From positions 31,754-95,753 of IMG/VR virus record IMGVR_UViG_3300035158_000384: a stretch of DNA of 64,000 bases; one strand, given 5' to 3'. The position numbers and the translations under genes were made by a program. Below are positions 27,029 through 37,297 of this stretch, piece after piece (within the stretch, counting starts at the first letter, position 1; each line of letters opens with the position of its first letter). Origin of the DNA: a virus. Below the pieces are notes generated by a model. It saw only the letters and a program-made list of their open reading frames with translations, ran no database searches and was not told where the DNA came from.

Positions 27029-27622
27029 TTACTGAGGGCCTGCGTGTGCCGCACGGGAAGCACCCCCGAGAGACGAAGCAGGGTGAGGATTCAAAACGCC
27101 GGACGCGGTATGTCCGTGCAACGGGACCGTTACAAAAGTGCAATCCATCTCGGCCTGATACGGAAGTAGCGGCTGATCCAACCAAGGCCCCATGTATGTC
27201 GGGTTCGCGCCGCCTTCCAAAATGACTCTCTCAGTTATGATGTCCCCTATTTTCAAAATACAGGTTGCAGGACGGGAAACCAAACCCTCGAACGTCCTGA
27301 TAGGGTAAGCCAAGGACTCTAAAAACCGTATGTTTGACATAACTTCGTCGTCAATAGCCTGTCGTATGGAAGCTGTCCGATTACCTTCTGCGAAGAACTG
27401 AAATTTGATGTCTATTTCCTTCGCTCCGGTACTCCCGTAGATGTGATACGGATGTGAACGGCCTATGACCTCCACCGTATCCCAATTAGCCTGCACAGAC
27501 GTGGAGAAGTCCTCAACCCAAAACTGAAAGAATATCCGGTCCTTGCCTGCGTAAGCCTGCCGAACTTCCTCGCGGCTTTTATCTACCGCAAGCCATGCGT
27601 CTATCGGATATGGAAAAGACAC
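27029..27622 (-). CDS. tail tube initiator-like protein
   Basis: ANW....IGRSHP...Y....K.I...F; L.SLAYP; position after the tape measure gene. Confidence 0.7.
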   Translation of the reverse strand: MSFPYPIDAWLAVDKSREEVRQAYAGKDRIFFQFWVEDFSTSVQANWDTVEVIGRSHPYHIYGSTGAKEIDIKFQFFAEGNRTASIRQAIDDEVMSNIRFLESLAYPIRTFEGLVSRPATCILKIGDIITERVILEGGANPTYMGPWLDQPLLPYQAEMDCTFVTVPLHGHTASGVLNPHPASSLGGASRAAHAGPQ

Positions 27623-27623
27623 C

Positions 27624-30600
27624 TTAACCTCCCCACGTTTTGATCATCTCTTGCACCATGCCGTCTTGTCGATTGCGCCCACCTCTTTGACCTGCGGTTG
27701 CTCCTCCTTTGAGTATGTCACGTATCTCCGTCAGGAGAGTGACAACACGGTCGTCACCTGTTGTAACACCAATGCCCGTAGCTTCCGCTTGAGGGCCGGT
27801 GAGAGGAACGACGGCTTCTGGTCCGGCTTCGCCAATCAGCGCCAAAGTCGGTCGGGTTACAATACCACCTTCTGCAAGCCCTAACAGGTTTGACAAGGAA
27901 CCCATAGGGTCTTCTACAAAGTCCTTGGCACCCTTTGCAATATCACTCACCAAACCGCCTCCGGCCTCCATTAAATCACCTATTGGCGCAAGCACGGTCT
28001 CTATCGCACCTTTGAGAGCATTGAAGGCATCCGCCAGTAGTCGAACAGCGCTGGACGCGGCGTTAAAAACGGTATCGAATGCACCTTTTACAGCACCACC
28101 TATATTCAAAAAGGTAGTTAGAACAGTCACCAAGCCTTCCATAGCCTCAGACATAAACTGCACAACCTCTGGCTTACTTAACACGGCCATAAAAGCCCGG
28201 AACAAGCTCATTATCTCAGGTAAATTATCTGCTACAAGATTCAACACCACAACCAGCCTATCCAACCCCTTCTCTAACAATTCCGCTATCAATTTCATCA
28301 TCGGCGGCAGAATGGCCTCTATCATGGGGAGGAACGCTTCAATAGTGTCCGCTATATGGTGCCCCAAGATTTTGATTATTGTAGTTAAGGGCTCCATAAG
28401 CTTAGGTATAGCGTCGTCCAAAAGATCAAACAAGGGTTCCAGTAAACTATCTAATAGAATACTCACAAGACGCACAATCGGAGGCAATAGGTTTTTGAAC
28501 AGATTCCCAATAACCCCTATAATAGGAGCAAGGACGTTTGCTAAAAGTGTGATTAAACGCGACACATGAGGCAACAACGCCTGAACGAGGCTTATAACTG
28601 CGTCAAAAACGGGCATGAACATGCTTGTGAGGGCGTTAGCAACTTGAATTATAGGAGGCAGTAAACCGTCGAGGAGGTCAATAACCACAGGGAGTAAAAT
28701 AGCTAAGTTACTCTGCAAGCGTTCTGACAACAGCTCTAAAACGGGCGCGAAATGCCCGGTTATCGTCTTGACAATTCTTTGAATGGGCGGCACCAAAGCC
28801 GCTATAATGGGTTTCAACGCCTGTATAATTGGAGGTAGTATCTCCACCAACATATCAATCAAAGGCTTGCCTATCTCCCCTAGAGCATCAAGCACCACAT
28901 TTTTCAAGCGCCCAAGTTGCCTATCTAACGACTCCGCGGCGGCGTTGGTAACTTCCGCGTACCCTTCCATCGAATCTGCTTGAGCCGCCAAACCTGCTTG
29001 AAAATCGTCTATGAAAGCTTGCGCACCCCCAGCAGCTATTTGCTGTATGGTTTCCTTATCAAAAGCGTCACCAAACAGTTGTTCCAAAGCCACACCGTAT
29101 TGATCCATCATAGCGGGGTCTACGCTTTCTATCCCCTCGAAAATAGACGTAACAATCGGTGCAATGTTTCCGGCTTTGGCGCTCTGTAACATACTATCGA
29201 AAGTCTCGTCTGTAACATTTGCTATCCGCGCCAACATAGGAGCAATCGACTCCATCTGCTCCGCATCTTGTACCGACGTCATAAATTGCTGGATACTACT
29301 GGTGTCCAACCAAAAATCACCCCCTGCTTGTGTCAGAGCATTAAGTTGTTGCGTCAAACCTAGTATGCGCTTCTGTTGCTCCTCCGCAGGAACATTGGCG
29401 GCTGCCATTGAGATTTTTAACTGATCGAACATGTTGACGTTCTCACCAATCACATCAACAAAATCTTGGTAGAGCACATCCCCTTGTTGTATAGAAGTAA
29501 CGATGTCAGCAAACGCTTTTCGAAAGTTTTCACCCTCCAAACCTACACGGCTTAGAGAAGTCCAAACATCGTCCAGCATTTGATTAACGGTTACGTCTTC
29601 ACCCATCGCCTCCAACGCCATCTGCGCTTCTCCGAGAGCTTCCCCCCAAACCGCCCAGTCCGTTTCACTTATGCCCTTCTGCGCAGCATTGACGGTTGCC
29701 GCTATCATATCTTCACGGTCTGTACCGAATTTGTTTATGACATCGCGACTGTGCTGCATAAACTTGTCGACTTCTTCACGGGACTTTCCTGTGGACGTTT
29801 GGATAGCAATGCGAGCGTTATCCCACTCTAACGCAACAGACCCCGCTAATATCCCGAGACCGGCGACCGCACCACCTACAATCGTTCCCGTGGTTGCCGC
29901 CGTTGCGCCCACACTACGCAGAGCACCCCCCACATTACCAGCTATTCCACCTCCTGCTTTTTCTGCTTTCTCGCTCGCTTCCTCCAAACCCTTTTCTATG
30001 TCCTCCATCGCTTCGACGCCCTTCTCACCTGTTTCCTCAAGGGCATCCCCTAAATCTTCCACAACAGGGGTTTGTACACGATCCATATACCGCGTAGTCT
30101 GGCGAAGGGCTTTGCTGTAAGCCCTGAAAACCTTGGTGAAAGTATCCCCGATGGACTCCCACGTTTCGTCCAACTGTTTGGAAACAAGGCCCAAATCAGC
30201 GACAGAAGATGCTACGGAGGGTACGGGTTGCATACCACCTACACCTGCGGAACCGCCCCCTTCTAATGGAATGACTGCTTCCGGCCCCGCTTCACCAATA
30301 AGTGCGAGGGTCGGCTCTGTAACGATACCACCCTCCTGCAACGCGGGTATTTCACCAATGTAATTCGGAGGTACAACCTGATCCCGATACGCGGCCATAA
30401 GCCCCGTGCGCTTGAAATAGGGACTTTTCGATCCGCGAGGGAATGCGGCGCGAAGGATGATCTGTTGTGATTTTTGAGCTTTCTGTGCGCCCGCGGTAGC
30501 GGCCCTCATCCCTGCGCTCGAGAAACCTTGCAAGGACTTGGTGGACGACTGTGCGTTGTTGGCAACGGCTTCGAGAGAGCCAGCGAGCATCGCCATACCT

Positions 30601-30758
30601 TGTGTAGACTTCTCGCTGGTTTTGGACGCGGTTTTGGCCACCGCATCCATTGTGCGTTCGAGAGAAGCATAGCGATCCTCGGCCTTTTTCAAAGCCGAGG
30701 ATGCTTTGTCTTGGACTTCCAAGTAGAACCCTATTGCTGCTCCCGAAAAATCAGGCAC
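27624..30758 (-). CDS. tape measure protein
   Basis: 1044-aa Ala/Leu helical protein with periodic prolines and AEGGIVT.PT.ALIGEAGPEAV.PL motifs. Confidence 0.9.
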   Translation of the reverse strand: MPDFSGAAIGFYLEVQDKASSALKKAEDRYASLERTMDAVAKTASKTSEKSTQGMAMLAGSLEAVANNAQSSTKSLQGFSSAGMRAATAGAQKAQKSQQIILRAAFPRGSKSPYFKRTGLMAAYRDQVVPPNYIGEIPALQEGGIVTEPTLALIGEAGPEAVIPLEGGGSAGVGGMQPVPSVASSVADLGLVSKQLDETWESIGDTFTKVFRAYSKALRQTTRYMDRVQTPVVEDLGDALEETGEKGVEAMEDIEKGLEEASEKAEKAGGGIAGNVGGALRSVGATAATTGTIVGGAVAGLGILAGSVALEWDNARIAIQTSTGKSREEVDKFMQHSRDVINKFGTDREDMIAATVNAAQKGISETDWAVWGEALGEAQMALEAMGEDVTVNQMLDDVWTSLSRVGLEGENFRKAFADIVTSIQQGDVLYQDFVDVIGENVNMFDQLKISMAAANVPAEEQQKRILGLTQQLNALTQAGGDFWLDTSSIQQFMTSVQDAEQMESIAPMLARIANVTDETFDSMLQSAKAGNIAPIVTSIFEGIESVDPAMMDQYGVALEQLFGDAFDKETIQQIAAGGAQAFIDDFQAGLAAQADSMEGYAEVTNAAAESLDRQLGRLKNVVLDALGEIGKPLIDMLVEILPPIIQALKPIIAALVPPIQRIVKTITGHFAPVLELLSERLQSNLAILLPVVIDLLDGLLPPIIQVANALTSMFMPVFDAVISLVQALLPHVSRLITLLANVLAPIIGVIGNLFKNLLPPIVRLVSILLDSLLEPLFDLLDDAIPKLMEPLTTIIKILGHHIADTIEAFLPMIEAILPPMMKLIAELLEKGLDRLVVVLNLVADNLPEIMSLFRAFMAVLSKPEVVQFMSEAMEGLVTVLTTFLNIGGAVKGAFDTVFNAASSAVRLLADAFNALKGAIETVLAPIGDLMEAGGGLVSDIAKGAKDFVEDPMGSLSNLLGLAEGGIVTRPTLALIGEAGPEAVVPLTGPQAEATGIGVTTGDDRVVTLLTEIRDILKGGATAGQRGGRNRQDGMVQEMIKTWGG

Positions 30759-30768
30759 CTGTCACCTC

Positions 30769-31005
30769 TCAACGTCGGCGCGGTCGTCGGGAGTGCATAC
30801 GGCTCTGTTGCGCTTTCATCTTTTGTTGGGCTTCTTTCTGTCGGGCGATCTCGTCCTTGATCTTCTTGTTCAATCGCCGGACGTGCCATTGCCGCTCTAC
30901 AAAAGACATCGACGACACATCGCTATAAGTGTAACCGTTGCCATAGTTTAGGAGGTAAAATATCTGCTCCCAAACGTCCTCGCTACTACCGCGAGCTTGG
31001 CTGAA
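30769..31005 (-). CDS. gp51-like tail assembly chaperone extension (no own start; probable +1 frameshift product)
   Basis: Open frame EDVWEQIFYLLNYG.GYTYSDV..MSFVER.W....L...K.E; not in the ORF track. Confidence 0.6.
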   Translation of the reverse strand, partial: FSQARGSSEDVWEQIFYLLNYGNGYTYSDVSSMSFVERQWHVRRLNKKIKDEIARQKEAQQKMKAQQSRMHSRRPRRR

Positions 31006-31753
31006 AGAACTCCGCGGTGAAGGGCATCATAAACTCGTTTATGTACCCGCACTTGGAGCACTCTTTCATGATCGTGAGGTCGATACCCGGTTCGACGTCA
31101 GCAACAGCGGCACGGAACGCCGCGGCATCACCGAGATTCAAACCCTGCGCAAATTCCAAGGCGGCTTGTTTATCCTCTGGAACCTGTGCTTGGTCCAAGG
31201 TTTTCCCACCGATGCTCACCAATTGTAAACCTATACGGTAGCGATGTGACGGGTCTCCCGCGTCGTTGCTCCGCATGAGGACACGCTTGGCATGACGGCT
31301 GACCTCTATTTCGTCTTTACCCCGCAAAAGGCGGAACTGAACTTTCTTCCCGCTGTGCGGTAGTTTGACTTCAAACGGCTCGACCTGATCGTCGGTCATT
31401 CTCTGGTCGTCGAGGTCTTCCAACAGGTTGACGCTGATCTTCCGTTGTGCTCTGCACGAGGAACAACGGAACGGCACACCGTTGTAGGTGGGGCCGAATG
31501 CCTGAATCCGAAGCATGAACAAAATGTACATCCTGTCGGTTACAAGCAAGTCTTCGGGTGGCACCTTATCGGCGTCCATGTAGCAGTTGTCGATAATTTG
31601 GCGAATGTGCGACATCGCATCGCCCTGTTGAAACAAGATTTGCTCTTCGGCGGCTCCCATAGGCTTCAACAATGCTTTGCCTTCTGGAAGGGCTCCGTTG
31701 TAAGGCACACCTCTCGACGGCAGATCGACCGTAAAGGTATCGTTCTTGCTCAT
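30986..31753 (-). CDS. gp26-like baseplate hub / tail assembly chaperone
   Basis: LPSRG..Y...M.A.EE.IL, DR..IL..LR...G..Y, two CxxC pairs, ends AEFFQP. Confidence 0.8.
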   Translation of the reverse strand: MSKNDTFTVDLPSRGVPYNGALPEGKALLKPMGAAEEQILFQQGDAMSHIRQIIDNCYMDADKVPPEDLLVTDRMYILFMLRIQAFGPTYNGVPFRCSSCRAQRKISVNLLEDLDDQRMTDDQVEPFEVKLPHSGKKVQFRLLRGKDEIEVSRHAKRVLMRSNDAGDPSHRYRIGLQLVSIGGKTLDQAQVPEDKQAALEFAQGLNLGDAAAFRAAVADVEPGIDLTIMKECSKCGYINEFMMPFTAEFFQPSSR

Positions 31754-31840
31754 GACACACTCCTTTTGTCTAAAAGGCTACGTAAATGCCTGAAAATAAC
31801 CAACCGTCTCGGTGGTTAAGGTTTTGACACAATGTCAATT

Positions 31841-32386
31841 TTACACGGGCGGGATCACTCGACCGGAGTAAAAACCGGCACTCGGGAGCGCCCTGTCACA
31901 GCTACAAGTCAAGCTGATTTTCAGGATGTCATCGGCGCTCATGTCGATGTCACCGGGGTCCATGTTGTTGATCCACAACCCTTGCACGATCATCTCTCGG
32001 TCGAAGAAGCCATTCGGACCATAAGTCGTAATGGTCCCTGCCTTCTTGTAGTACCGTGCCAAACCGTTTCTGCCGGTGTAAGGATCGTGTGTTTCGAGGA
32101 ACCAATCCCATAACACCAACGCAGTCTGCACGTCTACAAAGTCGCGAACAACGATGGTGAGGTCTTCCACGTTCACGTTGCCTGCGAATTTCGAGCGTGT
32201 GTTCAGGTACATCGCTTCAACAGGGTTGATTGTGAACTTCGGCATCGGAAAGCTTTCCAATGACAAAGTCACAAGGTCGCTCTGAAGCAACCCTTCAATG
32301 CGTAGTAGAGCGTTGTTTTGGCGCTGGGGTTCAAAAAACCCCGCTTGGGCCGCTATGTGGCCTGCGGACATGTCCAGAATAGGCAT
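31841..32386 (-). CDS. tail tube protein (gp19-like)
   Basis: FEPQRQN...KFAG.......D......W.......G....YKK...GL.....GD.D; follows the sheath gene. Confidence 0.85.
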   Translation of the reverse strand: MPILDMSAGHIAAQAGFFEPQRQNNALLRIEGLLQSDLVTLSLESFPMPKFTINPVEAMYLNTRSKFAGNVNVEDLTIVVRDFVDVQTALVLWDWFLETHDPYTGRNGLARYYKKAGTITTYGPNGFFDREMIVQGLWINNMDPGDIDMSADDILKISLTCSCDRALPSAGFYSGRVIPPV

Positions 32387-32450
32387 CGCTTTGCCTCCAA
32401 CTAGGGGTTAAGCCCCCGACAGCTCGCATGTGCCGGGGGCATTTTCCTTC

Positions 32451-33977
32451 TTACACTTCTGCGAAGTCCGCCCCGGTTTCGAGGATGCCAAAGTCCACGA
32501 TGATAAATTCCGCAGCCTTGGTAGGTTTCAAGAGCACCTTACCGTACATTTCGTTGCGGTTTATGCGCACGTCTGTGTTTGTGGTTTCATCGCAGATCAC
32601 ACGGAAGTCGTAGACGCCTCGCCTGCGTTTGATGTCGTCCATGAACGGCTCGACAATGCGGGTGAAGGCTTTCCACGTCGTTTCGTCGTGCGGATCGAAG
32701 TCGATATACCGCACGGATGTTGCGATGGACTTCTCAACGTAGAGCATGAGCCGTCTGACGTTGATGCGGTTCAATGCTGAGTTACGCCGCGAGAGAGTCC
32801 TTTGTCCATACACAGCAATTCCGTCCTGCGGGAATGCCATGATGGGGTTGATAGCATTTCCACCGGAGTACATGTAGTCGCGCTCTCCCTTGGTGGGGAT
32901 GTACTCGGTGCGGATCGCGTTGATTTTGCCTCGCACAAGGCCCGCAGCGGCGTACCAAGGATCGGCAATGTAGTCGTTGTACGCGATCACCTCAGACATA
33001 AACCCGGAAGGCGGTGCCCAAATCGTGCCACCGTTCCACGAGTCCGTCATTTCAACCCACGGCCATTGAACCGAACCGTAACTGTTGTTGAAGGCCGTGT
33101 GGGAATACCCGGTCCCGTTGTGCCAGTCAACCACGCCTGCGGGGGTCAATCCAAAGGGTGAGTCAATGAGGCCAAAGCAGTCCATGCGCTTGACCGAGCA
33201 GATGTCCAAGATTTCGTTGACTACTTGAGCATCGCTCACGCCGGGGACGCCAATAAGGTTCAAGTCCACACGTTCGGGGTTGGCAAACACCTGCAAACCT
33301 GTCGAGGTCTGTCCGAAGGTTGTGCCGATGTAGTCCGAGGGAGCAAGACCGGAAATCCCGTCGTCGCCGCCTGTGAGTGTGTACGTGTCGGTAAGCGGGG
33401 TCAACGAGCCGTCAAGCACGTCCACAGTAATGTACTCGGACGGCATCTCAGAATCCGTACCGTCATTGATGATTGTCTCAATGTACCGTTCGTTCACAGG
33501 ATCGTCGAGGACAACATCCTCGAACGTCTCCGGTGTGGAACGGTTTCCGCGGTTGTCCACAACGATACTGATACTCACGTTGTAGTACCCCGACCCGGAC
33601 CCGTCTGCAAGGGTCACTTCGATTGTGTCACCAAAAGTACCCTCGTACTTGGCTTCAATCTCCATGACATCCTGCGGAACACCGAGAGTATCCTCGGGAA
33701 CCGTGACCGTAGCCTTGGCCGCACTCGCGCCAACACGACAGTAACGAAGCTGAGTGCCACGGCGCAGGTAGCGTGCGGCGGCATACAGACCAAAATCGTC
33801 TTTCGTCGGCAAACCGAAAGTGGTCGTGAGTTGGTTCTCGTTGGTGATCAACGTGTCGTCGTTCATCGGACCCCACGTTGCACCACCGACAAAACCGCAA
33901 ATTGTGGTGGCAAGTGACTCTACATAGTCGCTAAAGTCATGCTCTCGCCAGTAAACTCCGGGTGACAAGAAAGCCAT
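32451..33977 (-). CDS. tail sheath protein (gp18-like)
   Basis: MAFLSPGVY..E.D.S, PPSG, W.A.AG..RG, YGQRTL, RINVRRL, CDETTNT, KPTKAAEFI. Confidence 0.95.
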   Translation of the reverse strand: MAFLSPGVYWREHDFSDYVESLATTICGFVGGATWGPMNDDTLITNENQLTTTFGLPTKDDFGLYAAARYLRRGTQLRYCRVGASAAKATVTVPEDTLGVPQDVMEIEAKYEGTFGDTIEVTLADGSGSGYYNVSISIVVDNRGNRSTPETFEDVVLDDPVNERYIETIINDGTDSEMPSEYITVDVLDGSLTPLTDTYTLTGGDDGISGLAPSDYIGTTFGQTSTGLQVFANPERVDLNLIGVPGVSDAQVVNEILDICSVKRMDCFGLIDSPFGLTPAGVVDWHNGTGYSHTAFNNSYGSVQWPWVEMTDSWNGGTIWAPPSGFMSEVIAYNDYIADPWYAAAGLVRGKINAIRTEYIPTKGERDYMYSGGNAINPIMAFPQDGIAVYGQRTLSRRNSALNRINVRRLMLYVEKSIATSVRYIDFDPHDETTWKAFTRIVEPFMDDIKRRRGVYDFRVICDETTNTDVRINRNEMYGKVLLKPTKAAEFIIVDFGILETGADFAEV

Positions 33978-34005
33978 TGTTCATTCCTCCACGTCCGACG
34001 TTGGC

Positions 34006-34305
34006 TCAATTGTAACGCTTTATGATACCCGACGCTATCTGTGATTCGAGTAGCGGGGTCATTTCCGCTTCAGTTATCGTGAAGCGTTCACGCCTGTTCA
34101 ACTTGCGCTCGTAGAACTCCCCGTTCACGTCTTTCAACTGTGTTGGCAGGGTCTGATTGAGCGTGTTTTTCAGCGTGACCTTCTTCCCGGACTTCCCGTG
34201 CGGTCTCGCCGGTTTATCGTCTCCGGCGTTTAGAGGCACCATAGGTCCGCGATGTTTGAGCGGTTGCGCTTGTCCAACGTCTCTCTTCTGTTTAGGATCA
34301 GACAT
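34006..34305 (-). CDS. hypothetical protein
   Basis: AAGG RBS before MSDPKQ. Confidence 0.6.
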   Translation of the reverse strand: MSDPKQKRDVGQAQPLKHRGPMVPLNAGDDKPARPHGKSGKKVTLKNTLNQTLPTQLKDVNGEFYERKLNRRERFTITEAEMTPLLESQIASGIIKRYN

Positions 34306-34344
34306 TTGAAAACCTTTCTGCACCGCAAGGTGCTTTGGAGGGTT

Positions 34345-36111
34345 CTACGACGATAGTGTCCTCGCCAAACCCTCTGCAACTTCCCGAACGGTAACACCGT
34401 CCAAATAAAAAGTAGTGCCAACAGAAGTGCGCTGTCGAACGCGGAGAGCTATCTTGTCGCCTATTGGCCTTGTAATTAGGCTGTATCGAGCCCAATAGTC
34501 TGTTGGTTCAAAGTGTACCGTCTGTATGTGTTGCGGTGTGCCGCTTGGCACGTCGTCAAGTACACTAAATTCTATCACACCTCCTGCACCTTTCAACCTA
34601 AGACTCACGAGAAACACTCGACGTTCTTGAACGGTAAGCTCATGTTCCACACCTTCTAGGTCTGAAAGTGTTGGGCCGTTGGCCTCTACCTTCAGGCTTT
34701 GTGTGCCAACATAATGCTCGTCCGTAGAGAAAGCCAACAGAGTTGGCATCTTCGTCGTGCTCCCCGGTAACGGGTGCCATTGTGTGATGTCGCTCCCCGG
34801 CGGCATACTGCCGTCTGGAAGCAGGTTTGTGGCGTTCGTGAGCCCCATAGAGCCCATTTTAGCCACGACCCCATCCACAACCACCTCTGTCTCTTCGGGT
34901 GGCGTATAACGGATTCTGACGGCGTTGACGCCATCTTCCGTCGTGGTGTAAATTGTAGGGGTAATTTCTGTCTCTCCGGCACCCACCACGATCCGCTGTA
35001 AAGGTGCGCCGTTGAAGTCGAGAATTTCCACGGTGGAATCGTCCGCAAGTGCCGCGGGTAGTTGGAAGCTTGGCTGTAAAACCATGACTTCGTCCGGCGG
35101 GGTTGGTACATCGATCACCTGAATGTAACCTCCGGCGGCATCCGGGATCAAAAAACGAGTGTCATCCTCAAGCTCTTCTGCGAGGGGGCCGGGTTGGATA
35201 ATTTTCGGAACCTGCAACCGTATTTTCTCAATCAGGTCGTAGTTGTACTGGTTGATGCTTGTCGGTTCTATCGGTGTGTCGCCCCCCTTCAAGGACTCTA
35301 AACCAATGTCCACACGACTTCGCAAAATCGTTGGAGCAGGTCTGCTGCCTTCCGGTAGGCTACTCGCCACGGAACCTCCACTTGTTGACGTTGTGTCACC
35401 ACCGGGTATCTGTCCATATTGACCGTCTGGCGGCGTGACACCGTCGGGATACGCAATTGGATGGAAAAACCAAGCCTTCAAATTGAACGTGAGAGTGAAA
35501 CGTAGTTGACGGTCGTCTTCGTCCCCCGGTTCCAAATCGGAGTTGTCCGTCAAACTCATGTCCTTGGCGGCTATAATTTTCTCACCCCAAGGTTCCGGGA
35601 AAGGCACCGTCAGAAAAAATTCATTCGGGCTTGCACCTATGGGGCTTTTGACAACCGCCAACCACTCGAGCAGGTGAGCCTCTGTAAACTTACTGCGCAT
35701 CCAGTACTCAATCGTGTACTGGATGTCGTAAGCCAAAGGGTGGCGAGTAGCCGCATAATTACCTGCGTACCGTTGAAATTTGCGGAACACAAACGGCACT
35801 ATCCCCCGGCTCGGATCGGGCACAGGGTCGGATCGCGTTATGGAAGCGAACGGATAGGGTATGTTATACCAATCCTGATCCCCCTTGTCGTCTACCCCTG
35901 TCATACCTTTAAGGGTCCAACCTTTACGCTTCAATACCTGCATTGCAGACGCATGAGCATGTGAAGGCGTGGCATAAACCCAAAACAATCCACGTTCGCG
36001 CTCCGGCATCCCCGACATCTCTCCGTAGTCAACAGGCAGAGAGTTTACAAAGTCAGCGACGGCGCGGTCGTATATCCGAAGCTCATTGTAGAGGCTGAAA
36101 GGGAACGCCAT
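34345..36111 (-). CDS. tail terminator/sheath stabiliser (gp15-like) fused to a carbohydrate-binding-like domain
   Basis: P.P.ASITR...YDIQY.....DNSDLE...R.....L.AW; C-terminal NLL.DG...GTQSLKV...W.RYS...FYLDGV CBM4/9-like. Confidence 0.65.
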   Translation of the reverse strand: MAFPFSLYNELRIYDRAVADFVNSLPVDYGEMSGMPERERGLFWVYATPSHAHASAMQVLKRKGWTLKGMTGVDDKGDQDWYNIPYPFASITRSDPVPDPSRGIVPFVFRKFQRYAGNYAATRHPLAYDIQYTIEYWMRSKFTEAHLLEWLAVVKSPIGASPNEFFLTVPFPEPWGEKIIAAKDMSLTDNSDLEPGDEDDRQLRFTLTFNLKAWFFHPIAYPDGVTPPDGQYGQIPGGDTTSTSGGSVASSLPEGSRPAPTILRSRVDIGLESLKGGDTPIEPTSINQYNYDLIEKIRLQVPKIIQPGPLAEELEDDTRFLIPDAAGGYIQVIDVPTPPDEVMVLQPSFQLPAALADDSTVEILDFNGAPLQRIVVGAGETEITPTIYTTTEDGVNAVRIRYTPPEETEVVVDGVVAKMGSMGLTNATNLLPDGSMPPGSDITQWHPLPGSTTKMPTLLAFSTDEHYVGTQSLKVEANGPTLSDLEGVEHELTVQERRVFLVSLRLKGAGGVIEFSVLDDVPSGTPQHIQTVHFEPTDYWARYSLITRPIGDKIALRVRQRTSVGTTFYLDGVTVREVAEGLARTLSS

Positions 36112-36554
36112 TAACCACCTCGGGCCAAGTTGATATACTCGCGTTTCACGTTTTCTGGAATTAACTTACCTTCGTCTTTGTCCATACACCACGAAAGGAA
36201 TCCAGCCATGCACACATATAGTTTGTCATGGACCTTTTTGGAGGGCACCCCCTCCGGTACACTCTCGCAAGGTATGTAAAACCGTGCTGGATGTACGCCG
36301 TGATAGGGTTTTTCCACCTCGTCCAATACAAGTGAGTGCCCGCCTATCAGGATCACCAAACACGAGAAAAGGTGTTTTTTCTGATCAAGAGGTATATCAA
36401 ACCCTTTGAGCTTGAATTCATTAGTGACGGAGATGTTGAAACCAAGCTCAACCTTTATCTTGACCCTATCCACTTGCTGTACGTAGCACGTCTTGGCACG
36501 GAATGGTCCCGCTTCCCGTGTCAACCTTGTGCTTTTGTCGTCATCCTTGGGCAT
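36111..36554 (-). CDS. degenerate thermonuclease (SNase)-like protein
   Basis: VELGFNI.....KL.GFDIP resembles phage SNase IDLGF...RL.GIDTP but lacks DGDT. Confidence 0.4.
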   Translation of the reverse strand: MPKDDDKSTRLTREAGPFRAKTCYVQQVDRVKIKVELGFNISVTNEFKLKGFDIPLDQKKHLFSCLVILIGGHSLVLDEVEKPYHGVHPARFYIPCESVPEGVPSKKVHDKLYVCMAGFLSWCMDKDEGKLIPENVKREYINLARGG

Positions 36555-36592
36555 CGTAAGCCTCGTCTGTTGCAGGGTTGAAGTTGAAAGTG

Positions 36593-37291
36593 CTAAACCA
36601 TTACCCTCGCTTGCCTTAATTCATTCTTTAGAGCCGCTGCCAAATTCTCGCTCGCGTCCTCTGCCAAACGTCTTGCATAGCGTTTAACCCGCAGGAATAT
36701 CGGCATCCAATGAGGCCGAGCAGGTATCACAATGTGTGTTGTAGTCTTTCGCAAAAACAAGCCGCGCCAACGCAAGTAAGCCCGCATCTTGGGCGTGACT
36801 TTGATTTTGGCACCGTACTCCAAAATTCGCCCCAAAGTCTCCATCGGCAAGCCGCCGGGGTGCCTTTCCCTGTCAAACCCCACCTTATATGTCCAGCCTT
36901 TGCCTTTTTTCTGCTCCACAACGGAAATGGAATTGACATACGCACCTGTAGCTATCAATCTGCGGCTGTCTTGTCCTTTTCGCTGCTTTTCTTTCAGCGT
37001 GAACGGGTGCAATGGGTTGCTGAATACTCGGGGTTTCCCAAAAGCCCGTCCACCCATTCCGGGCACATCTTGTGCGGCAATACGCTCGCGCAACTCTTCA
37101 ACCGCCGCTTCTGCGATCCCTCGTAGTTCTCTCCGAGCAATCGTCATGGCAGACTCACGAACGACAGCGAAGAACCTCTTCATCTTCGCTTTGCCCTGCA
37201 CCTCTGCCTTACCAACGAACCGACCGCGAGCCCCGCGCATTGCTTGCGGAATCCCTCTCGCCGGTTTGATTTTGGCAGGTTTGAAAGGCAC
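36593..37291 (-). CDS. neck/tail completion protein (HK97 gp10/virion morphogenesis-like)
   Basis: L.P.T...K......LIATG....SI...LEYG...IPARP.W.P. Confidence 0.7.
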   Translation of the reverse strand: MPFKPAKIKPARGIPQAMRGARGRFVGKAEVQGKAKMKRFFAVVRESAMTIARRELRGIAEAAVEELRERIAAQDVPGMGGRAFGKPRVFSNPLHPFTLKEKQRKGQDSRRLIATGAYVNSISVVEQKKGKGWTYKVGFDRERHPGGLPMETLGRILEYGAKIKVTPKMRAYLRWRGLFLRKTTTHIVIPARPHWMPIFLRVKRYARRLAEDASENLAAALKNELRQARVMV

Positions 37292-37297
37292 AGTAGG

